DNA from: Auanema rhodensis
Taxonomy: Eukaryota > Animalia > Nematoda
NCBI GenBank assembly: GCA_964057225.1
Contig: OZ059895.1
Coordinates: 18,414,001 to 18,478,000, forward strand
DNA length: 64,000 bases
Direction of reading: 5' to 3'
Within the stretch, counting starts at the first letter, position 1, and each line of letters starts with the position of its first letter. Positions 41,593 to 56,100 of this stretch are shown one piece after another. The position numbers and the translations under genes are program-made. A model generated the notes under the pieces. It worked only from the letters and a program-made list of their open reading frames with translations, had not been told where the DNA came from and made no database searches.

Positions 41593-42216
41593 GAGATCAA
41601 AAAAGTAAAAAGCAAAGAGAAGAAAAATCATGGATAAGACAGATTGTGATGACAAAATATCCTCGTGTTCAAGCAAATTGCGTAGATTCAGCCAGAAAGT
41701 TTCAATAGTAAACCGCAGTGTATTTATATAAAACTCTATTCATCCATTCAAATTTTTGCAATTTAACTGGAAATCCAAAAGCAAAATTTAAAAAATCAAC
41801 TTTAAATATTTAAATGTTTAAAAAGATCAAAGTTCTTGAAGTTCCAAATTTCATTAATTTCAAAGGCATAGTTTAAGGGAAAACAATTTTGAAAACGTTA
41901 TTATGATATCTTGCTATTTCAAATATCAGACATTTATTTTGATTATTATAATGTTTTTTTAAAAATATATATTGTTTACTACATAAATATATTATAAGAA
42001 AAATAAGAAAATAACTGTTTATCTCTATTTGATCTTAAATAATGGTGACTTTGGATAGAAATATAAAGATGAAAAAAGAATATTGTTTATCATAAGGAGG
42101 AAAAAAAAAATTTTTAGTGTAAACTAAAATATGGTCTGAAGTAATACATTGGAAAAAAAAAAGAAAAAAAACTGCAGGAGAACAGTTAGAACCACATTGC
42201 ACCAGACATGACTCTT

Positions 42217-42217
<1 letters not shown>

Positions 42218-42272
<55 letters not shown>
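42218..42272. repeat. (CT)n/(CTAT)n compound microsatellite
   Basis: TC run grading into TCTA. Confidence 0.9.
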
Positions 42273-45200
42273 TAAAATTACTTACTCTCATTTTGGGTTT
42301 AGTGTTTATAATTATAATCTAAAACTTCTCACATCTTCTTAATTCATGCACTGAACTTTCTCTCGTAATCAGTCTGAGTTTATATACTAATTCATGATCA
42401 TTAATCATTGTGCATACATTTCCCTTTTTTTGCAGAACAAATTTTTTCAATGAAAAGTAAGGTAATGTAAAGAATTATATAACAAGAGAATGAATAAGAG
42501 AATCAAAAGGATGATAGCATTTTCTTTACTCATAGCATATGTTGCAGAAGACAAAATATATAAATAAAACTATGAAAAGAATCAAATATCTATATATCTA
42601 TATATATTTTTTTCGGAAGGAACTAGCAGATTTCCGCGAAATGATGAATTACATGACAAAAGACTTGTATTGTTTGAAACTAGTGTCTTCTGACATACTA
42701 GAACATCATATATACTTCAAGATAAAAGCAACATACTCAACTTCAACCAACTCTAGCTACAACTACAGCATGAGCAAGGACAAGTGCGGTGAATAGCCTG
42801 ATGGCACCAACTCGTTAGTTAAGCATTCTCAATTCTGCGGCAAATGGATGGGCATAGCGGAAGTATATTTTTAATATTCGTCTAACTGTTCCTAACAGGT
42901 AGGTAGGTAAGAACAAGACAGAGGTCAAAAATGTAAAAAAAAAAAATTTTTAAACATTTTCTCAAGCTATAAAATTACCAATTGTCGCCGGATATTTACC
43001 GGAAATCATGCTATATCTATATGGTAATTAGCAGACGACAACTGATCAAACAGAAGTCTGAATTTTCCGAAATTGATGTTGATCATATTCTTGTCATCTC
43101 TCTCGTCTTCTATTTTACTTTTTTCTGACACTCTAGATCACGTTCCCTCTAACTCTACTTTCTTTATCTTAATTCTCGCATGGAATAAGCTGAAAATAAG
43201 TTTTATGAAAAAAACACGGAATTATGAAGAAACAAATGAAGTTATTTAATGTTAAACAACATCACAATGTTCTTCCTCTTCCTTCTTTTTGACCTAAACA
43301 AAAAAGATTGATGTGCATTCAAACACATCCGAATGCATTAAAGATTATCACAAGAAAAAAAGAAGAAGAAGAAAAAGGAGGAGTAGAAGTAGAAAGAGTT
43401 GGGAAATTGCAAAAAAAGATGAAAACCTAATATAGAACCTCAGAATATGGCAAGAAAAAGATTTTTATTCTCATTTTAACTTGGATTTTTTTGAGAAAAA
43501 CAACCATGCCTAAAGCACTACAGCTTCAATATTCAATTTGACACATTTTTACACGTTATATAACGTGCTGTATATATAATATATAAATATATTGACGTCA
43601 GTGTTAATTTATACTAAATTAAAATATAAATTCACATGTTGAAAACAATAAAAAAAAATATAAAACGAAAGCTCACTAACTACAATGTAAAGTAAAGAAC
43701 ATATGCACGTATCACTGACTAATATGCTTAACGTGCTTCAAACCTTCTTCTGCTCAGAATTTCTTGATGACCAAATGAACTTCTCGAATTCAAGGACCTC
43801 AACTTCGTTACGACTATACTGAGTTTTTTATTGTAGTAGATCTTCTTTTGAGAAGATAAGAATATCATTTTAAATAAAGTTAATGCTGGGAATTCCGCAA
43901 GCATGTTGAGCTTCTAACATATTTTTGAATAAAACCTAACGAAACATGAGAGCAGCAGAATATTAGTAAATCGTAACGTTGATCAAGTTGCTATATTTGA
44001 ATTTTCTGTTTTGAAATTTACAAAATAAAAAGGCAAACATATTGAGAAGGGTTCATCAGAAAATACCATAGTGACATGAAGATGAAGAGAGAGGAAGAGA
44101 GAAGTAACAGAGCACCAGCTTGAGAGAGAGAAAGACGTTGAATAGAACAAACTGATATGCGAAATAAACATAAAACAATAATTAAAATTAATTTTTAACC
44201 ATAATCTCAAATTATAATCAGTATCAGATATCGTTTATATGAAAATTTGAAACATGAACATTGATTTTCTAATACTATGTTTCTTTGGCTCACTTACTAT
44301 ACTGCAGAATATGCATTAATCACAGTAGATAAGAGATGTTTGTTGTTAGGGTTTAAGATCTAAGAGCTTCTCCCCCCTTTTGGCTTGATACCTCATCTCA
44401 TTTTGCAAAGCTTTTCCTATTCCTTCCCTCTTCACCTCTTTCCCTCTTCTCTATTTCTCTCTCAATCTCTCTCTTATTTGTCTCTCTTAATTTGCCCTAA
44501 CTGAGTCACATTACTCTCATAATAGTGGATCTTCTCTCATTTTCTCGCTCTATTTTAAGAAACTATCTAAAATATTTCTTTGTTATTAGCACTTAAAACT
44601 AAGCAGATTAACTTCAGATGAGAAAACGAATAAAAAAATAGTTCCAGAGGCAAATGATTAGATATTGTAATAGAAAAAGAGAGTAAATGAGGAACAGCTG
44701 GAAGAAAAAGTCATCAGTTAAATCATCATTGTTATGAACCTTCGGAGGAAAAGAAGAGAAAAAAGGTTTAACATAAGGAAGAACATAAAAACTTTCAAAA
44801 TGAAAGCTATATATACATCTTCATTTAAAATTAGAAGAGGAACAAGACGAAGTTGATGATGGCAGCGTAAAAGTAGCTTCAAAGCTATGAAGAGTGTTTG
44901 TTGTTTGAAGAATGGCATACGATATACATATATATATATTTTTTTGTTAATTTAATATATCTTCTGATCTGAGAATTGTGTGAACTTTATCAATGATTTG
45001 CTACACACTGATATATTGCTATAGTCCGTGAAGTACTATTACTTATTATTAGTTCTATTTATAGTTAATATAGTTATCATATTTATGTGAGCATATATAA
45101 TATTTAGAAAATATAAAGCATGACTCATTGAGTACGTGTATACAGCTATATCGAAGAAAAACTTGTTTGGACTTCCAGTAAGTAAGAAATTTCATAAAAT

Positions 45201-46768
45201 ATACGACAAGGACATGATATGCTTGTGTACTTTTGAATAGCTTTGCAAAAGATGTAAGAAGAACTCAACAGAAATGAACAAGTGAGTGAAGAATAATAGA
45301 AAAAATATGTTTTGTTCAGATTTACTTTGGAGTTTTAATGATATGAATACATGTAAACTGTCTCATACTCACAAGCATACATGCTCGCACACACCACAAA
45401 CACATGGACAACGTAAGGTATTCTGAATAATGACTGATGGTTATAGAGTGTAGATGGAGTAGAGGATGTGGTTGTAAGTTGTTAGTATCATCATATGCTT
45501 ATAACTTCTTTGGTTTCATATAGCATGTATCTTCCTATTACTATTTCTTTGGAGAAAACGCAAAGAAAAGAAAAAAAAGCTGAAAATTGTTCTTCATGAT
45601 GTTAATGAAAATATTGCTCATACGAAGAGCTCTAGAAAATTATTGTTGCTTCCACACTTTATTAAATAGTTATCATTTGGCTTTATCATTGTTTTTGCAA
45701 CTTCAAAAACGTCATAAAGCACGCATAATAAAAGATTTTAATGGAAATATTAAGTTGAAAGAAACATATAAAATGCAATATGAACAATAGGACTCCAAAG
45801 TCTAAGTATTATCAAGTGAACTTGAATAAGAAACATCAATCGGATGCTTGAAATAATGTATTAAGAGAAGAAATCGAGCATGGAACACACTTTTTCATGA
45901 GGGATCAAAATATGTATCTTTTCTTAACTATATGTAATCATTTCTTTGTAAAAGTAAACTGAATATGTTGATTACAAGCTGAACATGATATGTATGCTAT
46001 GATATTTTCATTTCTGAAGTAGCTAAAACGTAAAGAAATACTGCTGAAGGATCAAATTTTTGGGAAGCTCTCCCTATCCCACTTGACACAAATATTTGAA
46101 AAAATGTTTTCATCGTCGTAACTAGCCCTATAATCCCGTTTTTTTTAATGTTTTTTCTTTGAATATGTTTTAAGCAAAAAAGGATAGCATAACATATATT
46201 ATTCTGAGATTTATAACTTCGTTATTCTTTGATTCATATGTAATAACGTTTTTTTTAATTTATTGTTTTTTTTTTGGCGTTTAAACTCTGTGGGTCAGTC
46301 GAAGTGCATATGTATTTATCAAGATTGAAAAAAATTCAAAGATGAGTATAGAATATTCTGTTTTTTAGTCTGTGATGTCAACTGATTACTGCAGATTGCA
46401 AAAAACGGAATGTTAAGACATGGAGTATTCAAATGAGGTAGATACGTAGATATTTGTTCAAATAGGAGAAGCTACTGCACTACTTCATTATATGCTGTAC
46501 ATCCTCTTCGCAGCCTCTCGATCATTGTTGAAGCCTTGAGGGGGAACTCTTTATCAACTTTGAGTCAAATTTTTGTATGTCAACTCTCAGCAGATCTATG
46601 AATAACAAATTCGCTCGCGAATGAAAAGAGTCATAGTTTAAGACAAGTTTTGTTCTGATCTTTTAGGTATTAAAGATGAATACTAGTTGGTTCTTTATAT
46701 AAACGAGTAGTATAAAAAACATTGAAATGTTTAAAAAAAAAACTGATCAAAAGATTAAGAGTGAGATT

Positions 46769-46773
<5 letters not shown>

Positions 46774-46822
<49 letters not shown>
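46774..46822. repeat. (GA)n microsatellite adjacent to the 20-bp minisatellite
   Basis: AG run. Confidence 0.95.
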
Positions 46823-46836
46823 TTAGAATTTATAAT

Positions 46837-47018
46837 GACTAAAAGATAGAGAGAAGGACTAGAAGATAGAGAGAAGAACTAGGAGATAGAGAGAAAGACT
46901 AGGAGATAGAGAGAAGGACTAGGAGATAGAGAGAAGGACTAGGAGATAGAGAGAAGGACTAGGAGATAGAGAGAAGGACTAGGAGATAGAGAGAAGGACT
47001 AGGAGATAGAGAGAAGGA
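46837..47018. repeat. 20-bp minisatellite, ~9 copies of AGGAGATAGAGAGAAGGACT
   Basis: Directly visible. Units start at 46841 every 20 nt. Units 1-3 carry 1-2 substitutions, units 4-8 are identical and the last is truncated. Confidence 0.97.
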
Positions 47019-49277
47019 AGGATCGTACAAAAAAATCACAAGAGCTAAGCTATAAATAAAAAGTGAAACAGTGGGAAAATAATTCGTTTTTTTTTGTTTC
47101 ATAAAGGAATAAGAAGACATATATTACTCGAATTACAACAATTATAACAAGAAATAGAGAAGGATATGTCACTAACTTCAAAAACAAAACATATAAATTT
47201 TCTTCTCAAAAATTGAGACAGGAAATAATTGAAAATTTAACTCTTCCTATTGTTCTTCGACTGGTTAGTCTGTTCTTACGTACTTTCTCTCGTACTTACT
47301 TTCATTCTTTCTCTCTGTCTACCTCTCTAACTAACTCTACAGCTCATTCTTCTTTCTCATACCTTGTTCCAAGTAATATCTGAAGCTTTATCAATTTCTC
47401 TGTTAGTGAGTAATATGTCGAAACCGTAAATTTTAAAATAATATAAATGGATTGAATTCATTTCCAGTTTTCAAGTCAGATCAGAGAATCAAAGAACAGT
47501 GCCTTCATATGTCTTTCATTCTAGTAACTTCATATAGTCAAGTAAAAGATTGATGGTGATTCAACTTAGAACAGAAAGTGAAAGAGTGAATATAGTGAAT
47601 GTGTGTTCGTATTCTTTTATACTTTTCACTGATGAATATGATGCTGTGAAAATGATAAATCATCTTAATCTATTATAATATTATTTCTTATTTCATCATT
47701 CATCTATTACTTATTATAAATTATATCTAACTATTTAAAAAAAAAAGAAAATAGATACATATATGTGTAAATATCTGACATAGATTGAGAATGAGTCTAT
47801 TGAACACTAAGCCAGATATACATACATTCATACATATATGTAAATTATATATACATATATACATTATAATTGAAAGACAACAACAAATAAAAGAAAATAT
47901 GTTCACACCTGTTGTAACAAAACAACTTAAGCTATGTCATATTAGGTAGTAGAATATAAAACAACAAATTTTCATCGTGTCATATGTCCATCAGTATACA
48001 TGTAAATACTGCCAAGAATAAAATACAGAATAAGTGAAATTTTCCGAATGAACAGCTTGAGTTGGCGCATAAAAGTCCAGTTGATATAACAGGAACACGA
48101 TGGAAATTTATTTTTTTATGTTCAAAAAGGAAAAAAACTAATAATAAAATGAATATGCGTAATCAGAGCGTAGGTTTGTAAGTTATATGTATACAACCTA
48201 AACAAGAATCCAGCTCATAATCGGTCATTCGAGCGTTTTTGACGACTATATATAGATGAATATATTTATAATAAGTATAGGTAACGATAGTAATTAGCTG
48301 AAAACAAGACGGATGTTTAAGAAGAAGAGAAAAATTATTAAAATTAAGAAAACGACATATCTAAAAAACTAATAAGCTATATGAAACCATGGAGCAGGTA
48401 AACATTATGATACTTTGATATTCAAAACTTTTTTTTGCACATCAAGCAGTGCGTTCCCTATGTGATGTCTTACTACAACAAGTGATCAGCTTTTCTTACT
48501 TGACGTCAAAAATTGTATTTTATTCAATGAATTTTTAGAATTGGCAAGCAGATGTTTTGTAAACATATTATACAATATGATTGAACCTGTGTGTTAGAGT
48601 AACAAAGGTTACCCATAACTAAATGAGCTGATGATGTTACGGAGAAAAGCAAAGTGAAGATTAGATAGTTGTCGACATGGTGGCATACGACTCAAAAAGC
48701 AATGTCACAAGTAGAAATTGGAGACAAAAATGTTGCTCATGCTTCAAGTGAATAACATAAAGAAATAAGAAAGTTTAGTTATAGAGAGATCGAGATCGAG
48801 AGTAAGGGAAACAAAGAGAGATGTGGGAAGATAATGTCGATATACATATGTAAAGTAATTGATTATCATCCAAATTTGAAGTTGATGTACTATGTAAAGC
48901 TGATAGTATATAGCATTTCCTAGACACAATACTTGAAAAACTTGAGCATCTATCTGATTTGATGTCAGTGGGCTCGTGGAGGTATCACCCACTCCAATTC
49001 TTAAGTCCAGCTACCGTGCAGTATCGATGAACTCAATTTATAGTTCTGTCATCTGATAAATTTCCCAAACGTTAATGTCAACAATCTTCAGCCGTTTTGC
49101 GAATTATAATGATGAAAAGCAGCGAGAAAAGTATGAGAAAAAAAGAAATATTAGAAGAATTGAATTGTGAATTGAAGAGACGAGATGTAACAGTAGAGGT
49201 AATGAAAACTGCATCAAAATAGAAGTGAGGGAGAGAATAAGAGAAATAGAGAGAGGATAAGAGAGAAGAAAAGAGAA

Positions 49278-49307
49278 AGAGAGAGAGAGAAAGAGAAAGA
49301 GAGAGAT

Positions 49308-49353
<46 letters not shown>
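49278..49353. repeat. (GA)n microsatellite/purine tract
   Basis: AG run with degenerate 5' flank. Confidence 0.93.
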
Positions 49354-49357
<4 letters not shown>

Positions 49358-52300
49358 GTTTTCTAATAAGATCTCTGGATGTTAAATGTACCCAACAAGA
49401 TATAGTATAATTTACACTTATTATTAGCATAATTTATATATATATATAGAGAAAAAAATGAGTAACAATGACGATGGGTGGAAATTACAAATTTAAAATC
49501 TATAGAACAGACAATCACAACTGAAACGAATCATGTTGAAGACCTAGTGTCCGAAAAACAAACAGGAAATCAGAAATATGCATGGTGCGTTTTGCCAATT
49601 TTGGTTTACAAATTAGTAACTGTACTCCTGGTTCATTCTGAATTCGAATTCAGGAACACTGGAACACTAAGTCTCTCTCATGTTGTATAATTCGCTGTTT
49701 GGATAAGAAAGAGGCTCATGATATACTGTGATTTGAACTTCCTTCAATCTCATTATCTTGCTCTCTTTGCTTACCTTTTCTTAACTTTACTCTCTTTTGT
49801 CTATTGGTTTTGTAATAATATTAAACTGAAATTTTACAACTTTCCACGAAGTACATGCTCGTCACCTATTCGTTTTGCAAAATTGTCGGGCCGAAAAACC
49901 GGAAAAAAGAAACCAATTGAAAGTATAATAATTGAAATTTTAACCATAATTTCACTCTTTTTCTAGGATAAATAGATATTTTGCTTTGTAACAAGCTGAT
50001 TATCAAATATAGAATTTAGCGGTGATTATACAAAAGCCGTCACGGCGTTCATTCAACAGAAGCAATATCCAATTTATCCTATGATTTTCAGATTAGTTTT
50101 GAATTGTTAAGAGTAGCTTAGCAAGTATATTATGAATATAAAGAATGAATATAATAAAAAAGATTGTTGTTGATGGTTATCCTAGTTGTCGTTCGCTTTG
50201 ACTACAGGATAAATTCTGTTTTTTGCAACATACTCATGTATGAGAGCAAGCGTAATGTTAACATTTCATGGAAGAATATGTGAAAAAATACTTATTTTCT
50301 AATAAAGGTCACACAGATTTCAAAAAACATAGACAACTTTGGAAAAGAAGGAAAAACGACATCATCATGCAACTGCAGAGAACAACAAAGATAATTTTTG
50401 CGGAGCTAGATGAGCTAGATGAGGAAGCTTAATAGGCAATCATATTTATTTGTTAACTTAACATGAAGCTGTAAAATCAATTGAAAGAACGAAACAGTAT
50501 AAAGGAAAATAATTTGTTTTGTTTTCACAGACGTTTCTCTCTCTCTCTTTCTCTCCGTATCTCTAACCTAATTTTACTCTTTCTCTTACTCTCACTCCCA
50601 TTATATTAGTTTTTCAAAAAAACTTTTTTTGCTAATAATAACAAAGAAGTCTTGGTAGGAAAAAGACATCAGTATCAACATAGTATCATCTGATTTGCTA
50701 TACCGAATTCAATAGTTTCACGGAAAGCTCGTTCAATAATGAGCATAAAAGATGATTCATATCATTCTTTCAGCCTTTTCTGAGACAGGCTAAACAGATT
50801 TGAGCTTGTCTGTGACAGCTGTGCCTACGTCGTCTTACTGTCTGTGTATTTTGCTGAAAAGGTTAACCGAAATAGATTGTGGCGCAAATCAAGACAGCGG
50901 TAGCAAGCTGAAAGGTTTTAATGATTTCAAAGTTGTCACAAAAGAGACCATCTAAATAGAGCATCTGTACTTGGTGAACAGCATAACACGGATTCTGTTA
51001 TGAAGATGCATTGTGGTAGCTACATATTCCAAAATGGAATACACAAGAGTCTGTTTTTATTACATACACCAACAATTTATCAATCAGTTGTCAAAAAATC
51101 TCAAAATATTCTCAAAATTCACGAGCAGAATGATTCATTTCTGCCAGATCGAACTGTTTTCGAAAATGTCAAAATACTCTCGGTAAAACGTTCTCTTTAA
51201 AGCTTTTTTCTAGGCTAAGTGTTATAAAATCATTATTGTACATTACAAGAATACTTTTAAAAATTAATTATTTTACAAAATATACACAGTTATATACTAT
51301 AGACTGTTTCAAAAGATTTAATTTGTTACATTCGCTAAGTCTCGTCCGCTTTGTCAGGCTTTTTTCCTGCTAAATGTCATGTGTAAGCCATCGCACTGAC
51401 GTCATTTCACTGACTGAAACACAGCAGCTGAATAGTTTCAAACAGAACAGGCAGAGTTCTTATCATTACTACTATAACAGCTACCGTTTTAAACATTTTC
51501 GTCCATCAATCTGTCTGCAGTTGAAAAGACAAGTAGACGTGCGCAGAGTTGATATATTCGATGACACTAGGGATAAATAGTAAAGTGACTGTGGAATAGA
51601 TCAAAATAGAAGAAGATCGAAGTAAAGAAATTAGTATGTAAACTGACAGTATATCATATTACAATCATCTGATTCAAAGTACATATGCTCTTCATTGATT
51701 CTACTAATTGTTCTCGATATTATCGTCAGGATCATCAAATAAAAAAAACTACAAAACGAACAGGAATAGCAGAAAAGACATAATCAACTGCTTAAACAGC
51801 CCCAGCTCCCGTAGAACTATGCATGTATGTGATGTTATGCCCTCATCTTGCCCGTCGAGTTTATCTGGCTGGACATGTTAGACCCGATTAAGTGCGTCAA
51901 CTTAAATCGGATACTCCCAGATAAAAATTTTCGGAGTAGAAGGAAAAACAAAGAAAGACATTTCAGACAAAGCAAAGACAATTGTAAGTGGGTAACACTA
52001 TGTGACCGAATATTTCGATATGAAAAGGTCAAAAGGTGAAGAAACTCTTGTTAGCGAAAAATAGGATGAAAAGAGAAAGAAACACACCAGGTCAGTGTCC
52101 GAAAATGTGTGGAAGCCGGCCACTGAACAAGTAGTTGATGATTCAGATCTCTGATAGGGATGCACTTATCAAAGTCTGATAATCCGATTTTCAACACGAA
52201 ACTGGACAATTCAACAATATTTTGCTTGCAATTGTATGCTCTCATAGGGTCTGCAGTCATCAATACTTTTAAAGTGAAGACAAAACTGAGCATTCGGATA

Positions 52301-53176
52301 TGTAACTGTGAGCCAAAACATAATTATTATTTTGTTTTGGAGACTTGTTCAGATATAGAAATACAACAACGAAAACGATAGCACGAAATTTACACATTTT
52401 AAGAAGAGGTGGTAAAAGAAACTGCTAAATATGGTCTGCACGACTGCATTTCAGCAGCGTGCTCGTAGATTTCTCAGGTTAATTGTCAATGAAAGAGTTG
52501 TGAGCAAGTCTTTCCCGACTTTCCCTCAAGAAGAACTGACAGATCCGAAGTGTAAATAGACCCGGCGGCAAGTAACCAGCCTTAAGGTCTCCTATATTTC
52601 CGGAATATTTAAAAACTACTTGTACATATATCGCTATACTGGTGTACAAATACTGAATTTAACCTCGTACTCTGACTTAAAACTGGAGTACTATTAGTGA
52701 GAAAAAAACAAATAAATAAATATTTGCAACAAAAATAAATTAAAAAGGTTTATAAAACACATCACAACTTATTAAATAACCGCATAGAATTGGAAACCTA
52801 AACACAAATGTTAAAAAGGGAGGAAAATCACACTTCAAACAAAATTCGAGAAGAGACCAAGAACACAAAACCAGGTGTTGCATACTGCATTAAGATGATA
52901 ATACTAATGACGATAATTATGAGAAAACAAACATGATCGAAGTCTTGAATGTTTAAAATAGGAGATTCATACACTTATGACCTAACATTGAAACAAATAT
53001 ACATGAGGTTGAAAGATATACAAGTGAATCTGAGGCAAAATGAAGACATTAAAACGCGTTTTTTTTTATCGGCAGAAGTATCAGAAAAAAATTATGAGCA
53101 AAACAAAATATTTATTCGAATTTAAATGTGGGTGGCCAGAAACTTTTGCGCAGACCTAATAAAAGAAATCAAAAAA

Positions 53177-56100
53177 TTACTTTCCTTTCCTCCTGTCTTT
53201 AGGAGGTGCATCTACAGCAGTCTGTCGTTTATTTTTTCGATGTCCTCTAGGAGGTCCTCCTAAAGCTGATGGGTCAGCAGCAACCGTATAAGGTGGAGGT
53301 GGTTCAACTACTATTACAGCAGGTTGTGCTCCAGAAGCTGCAGCAGGAGGAGCTGAAGTAGGTAAAGGCGGCGCTGACGGCCTGGCACTAGATCTCGACG
53401 GTTCAGCACCTACAGGTCGCATCTGAGAAGAATTTACTGGAGTTCCACCTGCTGCTGACCGATGACGCTGCCTACGTTGGCGCTAAAAAATCAGATTACT
53501 AATCCAATTACAGAAGGTTCAACTTACAATTAAAGTACTTGGCCTAGTCAGTGTTTGATATATATTCAATGCAGGAGCCTTGTTAGGATTAGTACTGGGA
53601 GTATGTACTGCACAGCATTTCACAAAAACACACATGAATATAGCAAGAGCAACACCTCCAGTTCCTACAGCCCACCAATGTCCCTAGAGAAAAAGATAAT
53701 TCAGCAATTTACACTTCTAGCTCACCTGAACCCATTGTGTTACAGTTTCAATCGTTTTCTTGTCAAACAATAAATTTTTTAATCGAGCAAGAGGCCCGTT
53801 GGCATCAACACTTCGACATTTACGGAAAATATCACAGTACCCTGAAAAACAAAATGATAAATTGTAATACAATTTATTCCGAGAATAACGGAATTTGAAT
53901 AAATACCTTTATAGTTATTACAAGGAGATCCTGGATGTAAAACAAGACCACTCTGATTTGATCTTCCTGATTGTATGAAAGTAGTCCTATTGCTAGAAAA
54001 TTCAGGCAACAATACGCTAGATGTACACTCTATAATTATATAACTAGAAATTTAACACAAAAAAAAATTACTTCCGTCTTTTAAGCAAGCAAGGAAACAC
54101 AGTTCCTCTGGTTTTCCCTCAGTTAAGAAGCAGTCTTTGAGTCCAAATAATTCACAAATTGAACCGTTACAGCTACCTCCAGAACAGGCCTAAAACGATT
54201 CTTTAACAAAATCGCATCAGCGATGGTTTTGTTATACCTTCGTACTATCTTGACAAGGAATACCATTTCTCTTAGGAGTAGAATGAGGACATTGGGCGGA
54301 TAGACCATCACAAGTTTGCGCTTCGCTGCATTCAGACTCCTAATAAGAAAACCGAATAAAATAAGAAAAACAGGAAAACAATATACCTGTCGGCAAATTC
54401 TTTCTTCTTGTGCTAAATGAAGTCCACAAGTTTCGGAATTACAACAGTATCCCTCCGAAGGAGAGCATTTTGCGAAAGACTATAAAATTGACTTAGATTT
54501 AAAAAGGAAAAAATAATATAAATACTTTTCTTTTGCAAGGACCTGGTTGACCACCACGTCCGGTTTCATGTGGAGTACAACATCTGAAGTTAAAACAGAT
54601 AAACAATGAACTATCTTAATATCTCACTTATCACCCATTTGATCACAATCAGCTTGTGAAAAACCACAGTCGCATTCCTCTCCAGGTTCCCAAATCTGAT
54701 TCCCACAGAATGCAGAAGTTCTCTCTTAAATAAACCATTTCACATAATAATAACAGGAAAACAAAATACCTTGGAAGCAATTTCTTTTAGATAGGGATGA
54801 TATAATAACATTTCTGGTGGGATCGACGGGAACTGATTGGAGCACAACATTTAATACATTTGAGATATTCGCGATAGAACATGGTGAGAATTTTGAATTA
54901 TTAGGTTTATCTCCAGAAGTAGCAGAGGAAAACATAATAAAGTTACCATCCGGTAATCCGGGTTGACATTCTATTAATTTAATAATGATTAAATTATTGA
55001 GAATAATATTTACCTGAAGGAAAATCATGAGGAGACCCAAAATTATGTCCTATTTCGTGAGCGAGAGTGAGCTGAGATACACGTGTAGGTACTCTATTAC
55101 CATAGTTAACTAGAGTTATAATTCCAGTATTCAGGGATCGAAATACCCATCCTCTTGAGCCTTCATTGTATCGTTGATAAACTTGACAAATACCGCCAGC
55201 GGTATCTAGAACAAAAATAAAATTAACTAATTTTCACACAAAAATAGCTCACTATATTGAGGACTAGCAACCCAGGCAAGACCTAACGTGCCTCCAACGA
55301 AATCACGAAACGTTAAAGCATAGGCTAAACAAAATGCCGAATGATTTCTTTGAGAATTTAAATTCAAGAAATTCGAAACATCAACATTTTCTTCGCAGAA
55401 AGGATTATCAGAACCTGGTATAGCTTTTCCATTTTTACAAGTATCAGGTGTGAAAATCTGCGAAGAAAGAACAATAACACACAGTTTCAATATAGGCAAA
55501 ACTAACCGAAGTTCTTTGAATAACAAAATGCAACCCTTTAATGCCATCAAAATTTGTTCCTTCATAAATTTCATTCACAGCTTTTATGTGATTGTAAAAC
55601 AAACTGACGATTTCCTCACGAGTTCTAAATTTTTTTTAATCAAATAGTTTTATCAAAAAATTTGTGTTGTACCTGATTCCATCATAATTCCCTTCTTTTC
55701 TTCTTATATGTTCGTACAATTTGTGATCCGCTTGTAAATAAAGCGAGCAAGTACGTACATTGTACAAACCCTTCGCATCTTTAGTAGACCTTTTGTTACG
55801 ACCAGGCCTATAATCCACTTCTTTCAAACAAAAGAAACATTAAACCGATTTACATAGTCATATAATTCGTGTATTCGTCAGGAGCTGGTTCAGCAGATCT
55901 TTGTATCCTGGCCATCGATTCCTTGATATCATCTCGCAAGCCACAACCGTGAACACTTCCATCTTGCGCATTTCTTAATTCAATATATTATGAAATAACA
56001 AAAGAATAACAAAAGAATCACATACCGTTTCACACGCATTTTTTGATGATTAATTTCATTATCATGATAAATAATAGAATGGTATTTTTCTGGACGTTGG

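Noticed and set aside
46837-47018. Regular repeat array as a CRISPR
   Set aside because: Head-to-tail units with no unique spacers, no cas genes, eukaryotic context.
8294-51311. CTGTTTCA (piRNA Ruby-motif core) at ~8294, ~12347, ~38637 (-) and ~51304
   Set aside because: Few and dispersed; compatible with chance in AT-rich DNA and not a piRNA cluster.
587-52381. Most single-exon ORFs in the track (SLSLSL, ERERER, F/I/L-rich)
   Set aside because: Products of microsatellites and AT-rich low-complexity sequence, or antisense/alternate frames of real exons; no domain signatures.
52456-52560. TTTCAG followed by open frame QRARRFLRLIVNERVVSKSFPTFPQEELTDPKCK*
   Set aside because: No recognisable similarity and no supportable upstream exon; the link to the 34276 signal exon (18 kb away) is unsupported.
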